A DNA stretch of 64,000 nucleotides from the NCBI GenBank assembly GCA_964019335.1, contig OZ025661.1, forward strand, positions 496,001 through 560,000. The letters are read 5' to 3'. How positions within the stretch are numbered: the stretch's first letter is position 1; each line of letters opens with the position of its first letter. Made by a program: the position numbers and the translations under genes. This document shows, one piece after another, positions 49,467-60,168 of the stretch. This DNA comes from Diplonema japonicum. Lineage: Eukaryota; Protista; Euglenozoa: Diplonemea. The notes beneath the pieces are model-generated. The model did not search any database. It was not told the origin of the DNA and saw nothing but the letters and a program-made list of their open reading frames with translations.

Positions 49467-50018
49467 TCAAAGGGCAAGAAGCAAATGATTGTGAACAGTA
49501 CCGACAACATTACTGGGCGGGCATGTGGCGGTCCGAGTGGTTAAGTCGATCAGAATAGGGGCAAGGAGCCGAGGTGGGTGGCTGAGAACATGTGTGGTGT
49601 GATAAGCGGCCGCACAATAAGAATGAGCAAGAGCGAGGGCAGGGGGTGGTAGAGAAGGAGGGATGAATGACTCGATGCACTCAGTGCGAATATTCCACTG
49701 CAAATACTGAAGAATAATTTCCTGTGCAGCAAATAGATCTTGCCAATCATCATCGTCGTCATCATCATTCAATAAACTAGGCAACAGGGACGCTGCTCCA
49801 CTTACCTTACACACAAGTAACACAATACCCTCCTCCAAACGGTGCACGCCTTCCAGTACTTTCAACCCTGCTTCCTTTACAAGCAATACAATATTGAAAC
49901 TACACCTTCCTCTTACTACAGCAGGGAGTTCAGACTCCTCACAGATCTCTTCAGCCCGTGCCAGGATGCCACTCACTGACCATGCTACTTTCCGTCGCTT
50001 CGGGCGGCTCGCATCCAT
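49467..50018 (-). CDS. Divergent cyclin-fold-like protein
   Basis: LLVCK...DLFAAQEIILQYLQWNI and HPPRLLA resemble the cyclin box and C-terminal cyclin repeat. Confidence 0.5.
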   Translation of the reverse strand: MDASRPKRRKVAWSVSGILARAEEICEESELPAVVRGRCSFNIVLLVKEAGLKVLEGVHRLEEGIVLLVCKVSGAASLLPSLLNDDDDDDDWQDLFAAQEIILQYLQWNIRTECIESFIPPSLPPPALALAHSYCAAAYHTTHVLSHPPRLLAPILIDLTTRTATCPPSNVVGTVHNHLLLAL

Positions 50019-50109
50019 TGCTAGTTCGGAGCTTGTGGAAGAAATAGTAACATGAAATAAGAAGTTACTGAAGAGATACAGAAAAGACTTTAACATCGGC
50101 TGCCCCCCC

Positions 50110-50240
50110 CAGGGCTAGGCCGGCAAGAAACGGGAAAACATTTCCGTTTCCGTTTCCTTATCTGTTTCCTTATTTTTCAGATGACTTAAGGAACGGCCCC
50201 AAAGTAAGGAAACGTTTCCGTTTCCGTTTCCTTATTTTCG
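50110..50240. mobile_element. Isolated hAT-like transposon end
   Basis: CAGGGCTAGG followed by clustered AAACGG/CCGTTT subterminal repeats, as in Ac/Ds-type ends; no convincing partner end found. Confidence 0.4.
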
Positions 50241-51052
50241 AAAGAAAGCTTGGAAGCTTCGACATCATTCTCATTAAGCTTCCCTGCCGCTTCCTTATGC
50301 TTCGTGCATCAGCTTTTCTGCTTGCCTGACCCGAAGTGGTTGGTTACCTTGCTTATAAACTACCTAAGATCCATTGTATTAGATACACTGTTTGTCATTG
50401 GCGCGATAAGGGTCAGGAAAAAATAAGCTTTCAGGGGGAAGAAAAAACTAAAGAAGGGCACCTTCTTTCGTTCGCTTTTTTGTTTCTCTTCCTTTTTTTT
50501 TTTTTTTAACGACGTGCATTAAGACTGTGAAGTCCCCAGTAAAACTTAATTCCCGGTCCCCTCCCCCTTTTTTTGCGAAAGAAATTTAAAAAAAAAAAAA
50601 AAGCGCAAAAAAATGAACACCTCATATCTCTAAATCCCGTTTTAGCACTCCTTGTGCTCGGAGGAAACAAAAATTTGCTATCTTTTTAAACAAAGGCTAC
50701 AATGGCCTCGTTTCGCGACTCTCTTCAATGATTGACACTGCTCGGTCTGTTCTTGAAAGGAGAGTCCTCTCCCGAGAATTGCACCTAACGGGTTTTCAAG
50801 GTAAAAGTGCTACCATAGAAATCCCAAAAAACACTCCGGGTACCTTGCCACGAGTGCCAAGGCGACCACAATTTTCCCCGAAAATCTCTAACAGTGCTAG
50901 AATTCTGGAGAAAGATTTTCCCAAAATTCCTCAGGCCACTTTAGAGCAAGTCCAGGATTGACTAGAAGGGTTTTAGAGATGCGGGGCGTAAATAAATCGA
51001 ATCAGCAGTATTTTTCTTTTCATTTCTCTTACATTTCTATTCATTTCTTCCT

Positions 51053-53704
51053 CTACATGCAAACTGCATAGCAGTTGGTCTCCGCCGCTTGAGGGATGGG
51101 GCAGAGGAATGGATTCTGAGACAGGTCACAGTTTGGGTAAGTGTTGTAAGGTGTGTGCAAGGGAAGCGAAGTCAGCTTGTTTTTGTTGACGTTCAAGACC
51201 GAAAGGTTGCGGAGAGAGGAGAAGTCGGGAATGGAAGAAAAACTGTTCTCACTGAGCCACAGGTATCTCAGCCCCTTCAGCCCGTCCAAGCTAGGGACTG
51301 CTCCGGAGATGGCGTTGTGACTGAGTTGGATCTGCTGCAGCGAGCCAACTCCGGCCAGACTGTCTGGGAATGTCCCGGAGATACTATTCTCGCTTAGCCT
51401 CAACACCTCCAGCCTTGTTAGGCCGCCGAGGGCGTCGGGCAGTGTACCAAGAAGGTTATTATTTGAAAGGTCAAGGCCAATAATGTGTCCATTCGCATCG
51501 CAGGTCACCCCTGCCCACGGGTCTTGGTAAGGCGACGGCGACCCAACAGGTGCAGGCGCCCCACAGGGCTGGTACTCAAGCCCGCTCAGCCAGTTGTCAG
51601 AAGCCACCCAGTTCGGTCCGCCTGTTGATTGATACAGAACCTCAAGAATTTCATGTTGTCCAGGAGGGAGTGGTGTCGGGGGTGGCAATGGTGGTGCCGT
51701 TGGAGACGGGGGAAAGGCACCACCACACTGAACAGGGACTGGATTCACAACGGGGTATTGTGATGTGTAGTGGCCAAAAAGGTTCAAGGGGTTGACCGAG
51801 GAATCAACTGCCACACCCCAGGAAGTCGACGCCAGGGATGGGATGCTATTAGCCCACCACCCGAAGGGGATCCAGGATCTTGTGTTCGCGTACAGCAGCG
51901 AAGGGTGGTCTGCAAAGGTATTCTGCGTGGGTGTTGATGTGAGGAGCTCTCTTTCTATTGAGGAGCGCATGAAGTCAGCATCTGCGATGATCTTCTGCAC
52001 TGTGTTCTCGTCATACCCCGACTCGTTCGCGATGACTCTCGCCAGGTTCACTGCCCCCAGTGTCCATTCTGCGGAGAACACCTCTTCGATCAAGGCTTTT
52101 GTGGCGTTCACATATCCTGCTGCCTGCTTGTTCGTGTTGATTTGGTTAGAGAATCCTTTTGCAACATTCACCGCTGGCTCGTTTCCTTGTCTCAGAAACA
52201 CGATGTATGCGACAGACCCTCCCAAGGGTGCGGCCGTGACGTTCAAGATCACAATGTACTCCATCGACTCACCTGAGATGTACGCCACCTTGTCCAGGAA
52301 GTCTTTCTTATTGAAGTCTTCTACAGGAGTTGTCACGTAGACGCCCACTGTAGGCGATGCTTCCACAGATGAGTTGGCGATGTACTTCGGTGTTGTGATT
52401 GTTGTGTATCCCACGCCTTTAGCAGACCCGTTTGCTTGCAATCCATACCCTGAAAGGTTCTTCAGCGTTTCCCAGAGGTTCTTGGTGGTGTTTGGACCGA
52501 GGTGTGCATCGATCTTTCTCGGCCCCAATGTGGTGGCGACCCATGTTTGGCAGTCGACAGCGAAGTCAGGAGAGTTTGCCTGACCCCATGACCAGACACC
52601 GGTTGTTTTGTTGTGTGTGCCTCCTTGTCTGAAGAAGACCCCGTTCCATGCAGAGAGGAGGAAACTTTCCAGGCCGGAAATCATGTCCTCTACCTCGCAG
52701 CGGAGCTCGTTGTATTTTGGTTTGTATGCAAGAACGTGCCGCAGTGCCATCAGTCCTGCGTGGAGGCTTGCTTGATTTTCGACAGAGACAGTTGCCCCCG
52801 CGTCTGGATTGGGTGAACCTGCATAGTAGAATACATTATTCGGTGCATAGTAGACGGCGCCGTGACCAGGTTTGGTCACGTCAGTGATTGGAACTTTCAA
52901 AGATCTGAAGGCGGGGACTGCATTGATAGCCAGCTGGAACTCGGGGGCGTCTTCTGGGATCTGTGAAATACTTCCATTCAAACGTCTTACAGCCGTGTTT
53001 AGAGGGCCCAATACCAAGGCCCATGCATTCTCTCCAAGAATCGGTTTGTAGTCATTCCACGTCCAGAGGTGCTTTAAGTCAGGGCAACGTGCATCCACCG
53101 TACCTTGAACCGCCCAGAAGTCTGCGACAAGACGAAACAGCAATGCATTTTGTTTTGAAAGACTTTCCATCTCATCCCCATAACAGATGCCACATGCCCC
53201 GTTCTGTGTTGGGTCCACACATGCTCCTGTAGAAAGGTCACCTTTGCACGGTGCATGGCCCTTGATATCTCCCAGCTGTGCTGTGCGTGCTTCCAACAAA
53301 ATGTTCCGATAATATGCTTCAGTGTTGTCGAAATTCCCTAAGATCCCACTTGCTATACCCCATACTGACCCATCATATATGTCCAAACCGAGAGATGAAA
53401 TCAGCTGTTCTGTCTGAAATGTGTATGCATTCATAGCTGTTGCATTGACAAGCCCTCCTGGTGCAGTGGAGCTGCCTTTGCACAAGTATATATAGGTCCC
53501 TTCTGTAAATTGTTTCAGTTTTAGAACATCTGGTACGTTGTTGAAATAGTCACGTGGCCAAGGCATGTATGACAGTGGCATCTTCGATCCACTTGCCACA
53601 TTGTTCTGGAGAAACCCTTGGAACCTTACCGGATCTGGGACGTCTAAGTTGCTGAACTTTGGAACTACACCCACAGCATACAGTGTTAGTACAATGGTTA
53701 ACAT
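51053..53704 (-). CDS. Secreted protein: large uncharacterised domain + Pro linker + plant-type LRR domain
   Basis: Hydrophobic N-terminus MLTIVLTLYAVG; LRR cap LYQSTGGPNW...WAGVTCD and LxLSxNxLxGxLP repeats; intronless. Confidence 0.85.
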   Translation of the reverse strand: MLTIVLTLYAVGVVPKFSNLDVPDPVRFQGFLQNNVASGSKMPLSYMPWPRDYFNNVPDVLKLKQFTEGTYIYLCKGSSTAPGGLVNATAMNAYTFQTEQLISSLGLDIYDGSVWGIASGILGNFDNTEAYYRNILLEARTAQLGDIKGHAPCKGDLSTGACVDPTQNGACGICYGDEMESLSKQNALLFRLVADFWAVQGTVDARCPDLKHLWTWNDYKPILGENAWALVLGPLNTAVRRLNGSISQIPEDAPEFQLAINAVPAFRSLKVPITDVTKPGHGAVYYAPNNVFYYAGSPNPDAGATVSVENQASLHAGLMALRHVLAYKPKYNELRCEVEDMISGLESFLLSAWNGVFFRQGGTHNKTTGVWSWGQANSPDFAVDCQTWVATTLGPRKIDAHLGPNTTKNLWETLKNLSGYGLQANGSAKGVGYTTITTPKYIANSSVEASPTVGVYVTTPVEDFNKKDFLDKVAYISGESMEYIVILNVTAAPLGGSVAYIVFLRQGNEPAVNVAKGFSNQINTNKQAAGYVNATKALIEEVFSAEWTLGAVNLARVIANESGYDENTVQKIIADADFMRSSIERELLTSTPTQNTFADHPSLLYANTRSWIPFGWWANSIPSLASTSWGVAVDSSVNPLNLFGHYTSQYPVVNPVPVQCGGAFPPSPTAPPLPPPTPLPPGQHEILEVLYQSTGGPNWVASDNWLSGLEYQPCGAPAPVGSPSPYQDPWAGVTCDANGHIIGLDLSNNNLLGTLPDALGGLTRLEVLRLSENSISGTFPDSLAGVGSLQQIQLSHNAISGAVPSLDGLKGLRYLWLSENSFSSIPDFSSLRNLSVLNVNKNKLTSLPLHTPYNTYPNCDLSQNPFLCPIPQAAETNCYAVCM

Positions 53705-53851
53705 TTTCGTGTTTCTCTCCCTCTTCCCTTTGTTGTGCTGTAGCATACATTACAAGGGGATTAAGAAGGAGAAGAAGAAATACATTCCTCAATTTATAAA
53801 AGTTGGGAGAATGCTTGAATGGCCAAGAACCCTAGCCAAACAAAGAAGAAT

Positions 53852-54110
53852 CAGTGTTAGGTAATTCCCTTAAGGGAATTTGAGGGAATCTAGGAACAGG
53901 GAAGGGAACAATTCCTAAGGGGATGAGGAACAAGAGGGAAGGGAACAAGGGGGAAAAGAACAGAGGAAATTTAAAAAAAAAAGGGAACAAAGGTAGGGGC
54001 AGTGTTGGGTTGTTCCCTCAAGCAGTGTTGGGTATGACCCCTCCCCTCCCTTGGCTGAAAAATGGGACAAGAGGGGAATGGGTCAAGAGGGGACAACCAG
54101 AAAAAAATTT
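53852..54110. mobile_element. Cluster of hAT-like ends with GGGAA-type subterminal repeats
   Basis: CAGTGTTAGG at 53852, CAGTGTTGGG at 54000 and 54023; repeated GGGAA/GGAAC motifs. Confidence 0.4.
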
Positions 54111-54425
54111 TTTTCTGGGGTCACATGGCACTCAGGCACCCTCAAAATGGACTTTTTTTTTATTTTTTTCATAGTGTCCAGGGTTAACCAATCACCTTTG
54201 GGTTTTGAAACCCAACCCAAGCAATTTTCGATTTTCGATCACAGTAATGATTGGTTTTTTTCTAATTTTGGATTGGTTTGATTGATCCAAAACACATATT
54301 TCTGGCAAAAAATACCAAGACCATGCTCAATTTTTTTTTTTTTTTTTTTTCAAAAACCCTATTTTGACAATCTAAGCCCATTCCAGCCATTAAAACCCAA
54401 AATAGAGCCTTATTTAAGGCCTTAA

Positions 54426-55420
54426 CCATCTATCAATGAGCGTCTATATATAGATGATTTGAAAAAAATCTTTTACACAAAGGGCTTTCAATGCAATACA
54501 GCCTGGCCCTTTCTTGCCAGTGGGGTCCTGTGTGGAAAATATGAAAAATATAAACTAAATGCTGCCCTAACTTAACAAGAAAATGAAAAAATAAAAAAAA
54601 AAACGCCAACCCAAATTTACCCTTAAAAATCACTTCAAAAAAAGGCACCCAGAAAGAGGCTGGAAGAGGACGTTATGAGTGATGGCAGCACTGATGGCTC
54701 ATCCCTATTATGCAATTTTGATACAAACAGTGATTCTGACACAAATTCGACCGATTCCAAGTCACAGCAGGGTGATTGGATGGCAAAGCTGGAGCAGTTA
54801 GGCATCCAGTTTCATGAAGATCGGAATCCTTGTGGACCCTGTTTTGACATCAAAGGCTCAATGCCATACCATATTCTCCCAAATGCTCATCCCAAACTTT
54901 ATTCAGGTCATAACTTTGAACAATGTGGCAAATGCGGCTAAAAAAGGTGTCTCCCTGGATCTTGATGCTGCTTCTCTGCATACCTTCCTAGTGTCCTTTT
55001 GTCAATGGACTTGGATATCAAGCCAGATTATTCTGATTACTGGTGCACTGGCTCCACGTTTCTCAACTACACCCCTGGGTATGCCACCATCATGTCAAGA
55101 GACTGCTTTTTGACTATTCTGGGAAATCTGTGTTTCCACAGCAAACAAACAAGCATGGTGACTTCTACCTATTGCAAAGGCCTCCCAGAGATCATGGATG
55201 CCCCAAAGAAGCAAGGCCACAAGCCCAAGGATGCACATCCCATGGGGACACAGTTCCACCAGCACACAAGCATCCTTTGCACCACAATGACATCAAGCCT
55301 GTGTGCTTTCTATCGACATTGGATGTCCAGTGAAGTCAAATTTGACCATCTGCCAAAAGAGAATGAAAGCTGGAAAGGACATCTTGTTCCCCACCAAGTG
55401 CATATTTACAACAATGGGTG
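54426..55420 (+). mobile_element. Decayed piggyBac-like element (transposase pseudogene)
   Basis: TTAA at 54422 then CC...; frameshifted peptides LLSMDLDIKPDYSDYW..TPGYATIMSRDCFLTILGNLCF, CKGLPE and NDIKPVCFLST match piggyBac transposase motifs. Confidence 0.65.
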
Positions 55421-55589
55421 AGGTCAACAGTGAACAACACATCTGATGTACTTCTTATATTTCCATATTTCTGTAATCCCCACCACCAAATAACATGAAA
55501 GAGGTAAAGGAGACCAGTGACAGGGGGTTTATCTCAATTCTCACACTATTTCCTTTCTTTTTGTTCTCTGTTCCGTTTTTTTTCTTTTT

Positions 55590-56300
55590 TTTTTTCTTTA
55601 CTATTCTATTTACTTCTACTGCTGGTCCTGTGCGATCATCTCTTCAATTGAACTGAAGAGGTCTGTGGTCTGCTGTGGTTTTTCAAGGAGTGCCTCTGCA
55701 AGGCCTTTGGCTCCCAGTTCTGCCCTCCCTGCTGCAGTACCCTTGCAGCTCATCACCAGGTGGTTCAGGGTGCAGCACTTCGTGCCACACAGCTGACATG
55801 GCTTTTGCTTTGGACCCTCACAGTAGTCCTTCAGCAGCAGGTGGTGTCCTGTCTTCAGTCAATTGATGCAGACTTTGGCTTTCCTGCCCAAGCTGTTTGT
55901 CTTTGGGGGTTCCTTGCCCTTTGTCAGCTTCTGGTAGGCTGTCTGCTTGTCCAGCTCTGCATCAATCCTGCACATTTCTGGAGCTTGTTTTTCACTGCTC
56001 CAAGGCTCGCTGGCTGCCTCTGTTGTTCCTTCACACCCATCACCAATTACTGTTTCCACTTGCCACCAGCCATGTTGTCTGCAAACAGTGATGTAATCAG
56101 TCCAGTGTCTGGGAACCCACAAAATCTTTTTTTTTTTTTTTTTTTATTTCCCCTCCCCACAACATACTTCTTCATAGGTGAGTCAGTCCCTTGGGCGAAC
56201 TTTGAGTGTTTCAAGATTTTCTTGAAGAACACTCTTACTATTTCATCATACTGCTAATACTGTTGCCCACCTGAGGAGCTGAAACTTTGAAGCTCCCTGA
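55590..56300 (-). mobile_element. Decayed non-LTR retrotransposon (LINE) fragment
   Basis: Minus strand: SLFADNMA (YADD-like), IN*LKTGHH..CQLCG..TLNHLVMSC (LINE C-terminal CCHC knuckle), stop and A-rich tail. Confidence 0.65.
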
Positions 56301-56549
56301 ATCTAAATATTTCACAACACACCATGTGTTGTGGTCGAAAATTCTCCAGACCCTCAGCCCTGACAGAATTTATGCAATAAACACAAATACAAATGCTGCA
56401 CATACTTGAAGCACTCCTCTCTGCAAGGTTACCTACCGAAGGTGAACAAAAGACTCACACCCACAAGTAAGTGGAAGCTTAGGCATGTGGAACCCTTCTG
56501 TGAGTTGGGGTTTGTGTCAGGGCTTGGGTTTGATAAAACTAAGTTTGAG

Positions 56550-57617
56550 CAGTGTTGGTCAGTCCCATCCCGTCCCCTAAAACAGAATACAGGCCTGGAT
56601 GGGACTCACAGGACTCCACAGGACGGGACTCGATGGGACTCACAGGACTCTCCCCAACACTGTCATTATTTTTGATAGTTTTGCAATTTTTTTTGGAAAA
56701 AAAAAAATGGGGAAAAAAAAAAGAGAAAAAAATCCTTGATTTTCTTTTTGACATACATGATGTGTTTACCTTTTTTTTTTTTTTCCTTCTTTTTTTCTTG
56801 TCTTCTCACATTTTATCACACACCTAAGCCAAGCTGTTGTTTCTACTTTCCACATCAAATGTTGTATTTGGATGTAATAGAAAAGGGGGGAAATAATAAA
56901 TAATATGTACAAGAGGAGGGTATGTTTATACAACCTGTGTAAACAGATCGGTTCCTTGCTTTCAGCACCATGCCCCTAATGTGCAATGTACAGCTCAACC
57001 CCTGCATTGCACTGCCTGTTTGTTGCACATATTTTCATGTTATCCCCCCCCCACCTGAAAATAATAGAAAGGAGATAAATATATGAGTTAAAGGAGGCTG
57101 GTGTTGGCAGCACCCTGCACAAGAACTGTCTACTTGATTACAGGGGGTGCACCACAGCTGAGTTGTAGCTTCTTCTGCATTCTGTGTCATTTCCTTAATT
57201 ACCATGGCCAGGATGTAGCTTCTTCTGCATTCCACATCATGCCCTTAATCACTGCAGCCAGGTTGTAACTTCTTGCATTCCATGTCATTTCCTTAACCAC
57301 CACAGCCAGGTTGTAGCTTCTTCTGTGTTCTGCATTGTGTCCTTAATCACCGTGGCCGAGTTGTAGCTTTTTGTGTTCCGTGTCATTTCCTTAATCACGA
57401 TGGCTGGATGGCTGGGTTGTAGCTTCTTCTGCGTTCTGTGTTGTGTCCTTAATGTGTGTGGTGTTCAGCTCAACCCCAGCCAGGGCGCCCCAGGTAACTA
57501 AGATTCTGTGCTTGTGTGGTTTGCTCAGTGATGACAGATGAGGAGGTCAACAGTGAACACATCTGATGTTTTTCTTATATTTTCATGTTATCCCCACCAC
57601 CTGAAAAAGAAGATAAA

Positions 57618-57648
<31 letters not shown>

Positions 57649-58274
57649 CCTTTTGTATATTGTGCACCAAGAGGTGCATTGTGACACCTGCTTTTCCCTG
57701 TGCAACATAGTGGTACATGTTATAAAACACGTGCTGTGTTGTGCACCCTGTGTTGCATACATCATGTGTGTCGAAAATTTGCGGTGTTGGGGTGGTTTGT
57801 GGGCCAGACCCCTCAGACCACCAGTCTGGCCAGCACTGCCCATCCCTTTTTTTTACTTTTTTTTTTTTTTTTTTTTCTTTTTTTGCTTTGTACTTTTCTT
57901 GCAAAGGCCTCTTTTTAATATTTTTTTCAAAGCAGGTCTCCAAACCCCCTGACATTTTTTTTAATTTTTTTTTTTTTTTTTTTTACATAGTCACAACAAG
58001 GTAGTATGAGCCTTGCCTCACATCCCACCCAAACCTAGGACCTCTTTTTTTGAACCTTTGAAACCAAAAGTGCCAAAAAAATGCAAGCCCCAGCCTAAAT
58101 TTGGGCCTTTGTGACACAAAAAACACAAAGAAATTTTTTGGTCCCAAGAGTCCCCTGAGTCCCCTCCAGACCCCTGAGTCCCCTGAGTCCCCTCCAGACC
58201 CCTGAAAATTTCAGGGGACTCCTGTCCTGTCCCTTGGAGTCCCCTGAGTCCCTCAAGGGTCTGGACCAACACTG
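56550..58274. mobile_element. Non-autonomous hAT-like element with target-site duplication
   Basis: TIRs CAGTGTTGGTC(C)AG / CTGGACCAACACTG; inverted GGGACTC subterminal arrays; flanking direct repeat GTTTGAG (56543..56549 and 58275..58281). Confidence 0.75.
57162..57453. repeat. Degenerate ~50-bp tandem repeat, 6 units
   Basis: Unit TTGTAGCTTCTTCTGCRTTCYRTGTCATTTCCTTAATCAC...GCCAGG; variants are largely CG/TG/CA. Confidence 0.85.
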
Positions 58275-59274
58275 GTTTGAGGGGACCAAGCTGAATGTGG
58301 CAGAGAAGGTCTTTGCTGCTTGTCAGGCGGGAAAAGAGGAGATTTTACACAGAACATGGAACCTTGACATGGAGGGTGTTCCTAAGCAAGAGTATAATGA
58401 TACGAAGAAGACGGTTAACGCTTGTTTCGACCAGATCCAAAGCACCATGAGGAAGGATGCAGAAGAACAATTTGAGGCTGACAAACAACCCGTGGCTGAC
58501 AAACCAGAGAAGAGACAGCTCGATTTTTTGGCAGGCAAGCTACTGACGTTGTGTGGGTTTAAAACTGATGGGTTCAAACTGTCCAACATAAAGATTAATT
58601 TTGAGATTGGTGGAACAGCAATCAACTCAAAGGCTGATGCCTATGTGGCGAGGCGCAGTGGTGCACACTTGGATCAGGTAGTATTGGTCTGGTTGGACAG
58701 GTAGTTGACTGATTCACAAGTTGGAGCTCAACTGTTGCAAGACTCCACTGCGCAGATCATCGGGGATATGCTTTCGGTACAGGCACAACAACCCACACAG
58801 ACATGAACCCTGTGAGGTGTACACTGTCCGCCTCATCGACGACATGGTGACCTTCTTCAAGATGGACATGAGCACAGAGCAGATCAAGGCTGTGTTCAAG
58901 GATGGTGTCATCCCAGACCCGAGGCTGCAAGTATGTTCAATGGGTTATGGGTGAGTAATAAGCACAGGTTGGGTTTACTCCAATGCATGCCCTTGATGCT
59001 GGTGATGAGTATGGGGTGAGCTTGCTTCATCCAAACAACAGACTTTGGTTTGTTAAGATGATGGCATGCATCCGTGCAAAGATCCTGGAGTGCAAGGCAG
59101 AACCTTCTGTTCCTTTTACCTCGTTGAAGAGTGGGAAGGTTGCAGACCCTGTTAAGTTATAGTGAATTAGTTTGTATGTACAGGTCAGCAGGGTGTGAAT
59201 AGCCTCAAGTGGCTTAAAACAGTCAAAATACCCCATCGCTAAAAAATATTTTGAAGTATACTATACTATAAATA

Positions 59275-60089
59275 CTGTAAAACAAAAATCACCGGGAGAC
59301 AAAATGTCCGGAAGAAAAAATGTCCGGAAGATAAAATGTCCGGAAGCTCTGGCGGTCCGGATATTTTTTCTTCCGGACATTTTTTTCCTGGGACCCCCCT
59401 TTTTTTTAAAAGGGCTGGACCCGAAAACAGATGAAACTAGTGTCTCAAACGAAAATCAGAGAATTGAATTACGGACTTGCTGGAGTTAAATCTCACTGGG
59501 CCACCCAGGAAACGCTTCGGCTCTGGGTAAAAGATTTGTTTCTCCCCTTTGCTACAACCTCATCGAGTCATCGGGCTGAGCACCCACCGAGCCCATCCTA
59601 CTCATCATTGATGACTACAATGTCCACACTACGCAGGCTTTTGTGAACTTGTTTTCAGAAACAAACGTTCACTTAGCGTTTGTCCCCCCAGACATGCTGC
59701 CCTTTCCTCGCCCCCTTTTTTAGTTCTATTGTCGAGAAAAGTACTCTCCAACCTGCTGGGACGCAGCCATTGAAGGGTGCCTCTCACCTGAAGATATTCC
59801 CACTTGCAATATCATTTCAGTCACCTGAAGAGGTCAGCACCTGGAGGGGTCGCGAGATATGTCCTTCCCCTTTTTAGAGCATGCAGCTTTCGTCTGTTAA
59901 TTTGAATTTTATTTTTGCCATTCTTAAGACTCTTGCAACAGAAATATAAGTTTTCCAGACAGAGGGGGCAGTGTGTAGGGCAGGCTAGGTACCCCCTTAG
60001 AAGTGCCCAAAAGAATGTCCGGAAGATAAAATCACCGGATGTTTCGGCGGTCCGGATATTTTATCTTCCGGTGGATTTTTGTTTTACAG
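59275..60089 (+). mobile_element. Internally deleted pogo/Tigger-like (Tc1/mariner superfamily) element
   Basis: TA target duplication; ~40-bp TIRs CTGTAAAACAAAAATC...; internal DDE_1-like remnant SHWATQETL..PILLIIDDYNVH..LAFVPP; TCCGGA subterminal repeats. Confidence 0.75.
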
Positions 60090-60168
60090 TATTTGTTTTT
60101 TTTTTTATTTGTTATTTATTATTTTTTCCTCCTTCAGCATGCACACAGGGTCCGGCTGTTGGAGGGTA

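Larger units (their letters stand above)
56406..58935 (+). pseudogene. PD-(D/E)XK nuclease-like pseudogene split by the hAT-like element
   Basis: Excising 56550..58281 restores KTKFE|GTKL in frame; motifs FEIGGTAINSKAD..VLVWLD, AQIIGDML, VTFFK..AVFKDG; later stop and frameshift. Confidence 0.5.

Noticed and set aside
50110-53840. LRR gene captured between hAT ends (CAGGGCTAGG ... CCTAGCC)
   Set aside because: Right-hand match is only 7 bp, lacks the terminal CTG and has no target duplication.
55413-55428. MGEVN read as the piggyBac catalytic MGGVD motif
   Set aside because: The GAGGTCAAC part also starts a separate repeat found at ~57543, so the match may be coincidental; not used as evidence.
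57162-57453. Repeat array resembling a CRISPR array
   Set aside because: Units are contiguous degenerate tandem copies without unique spacers; eukaryotic context; no cas genes.
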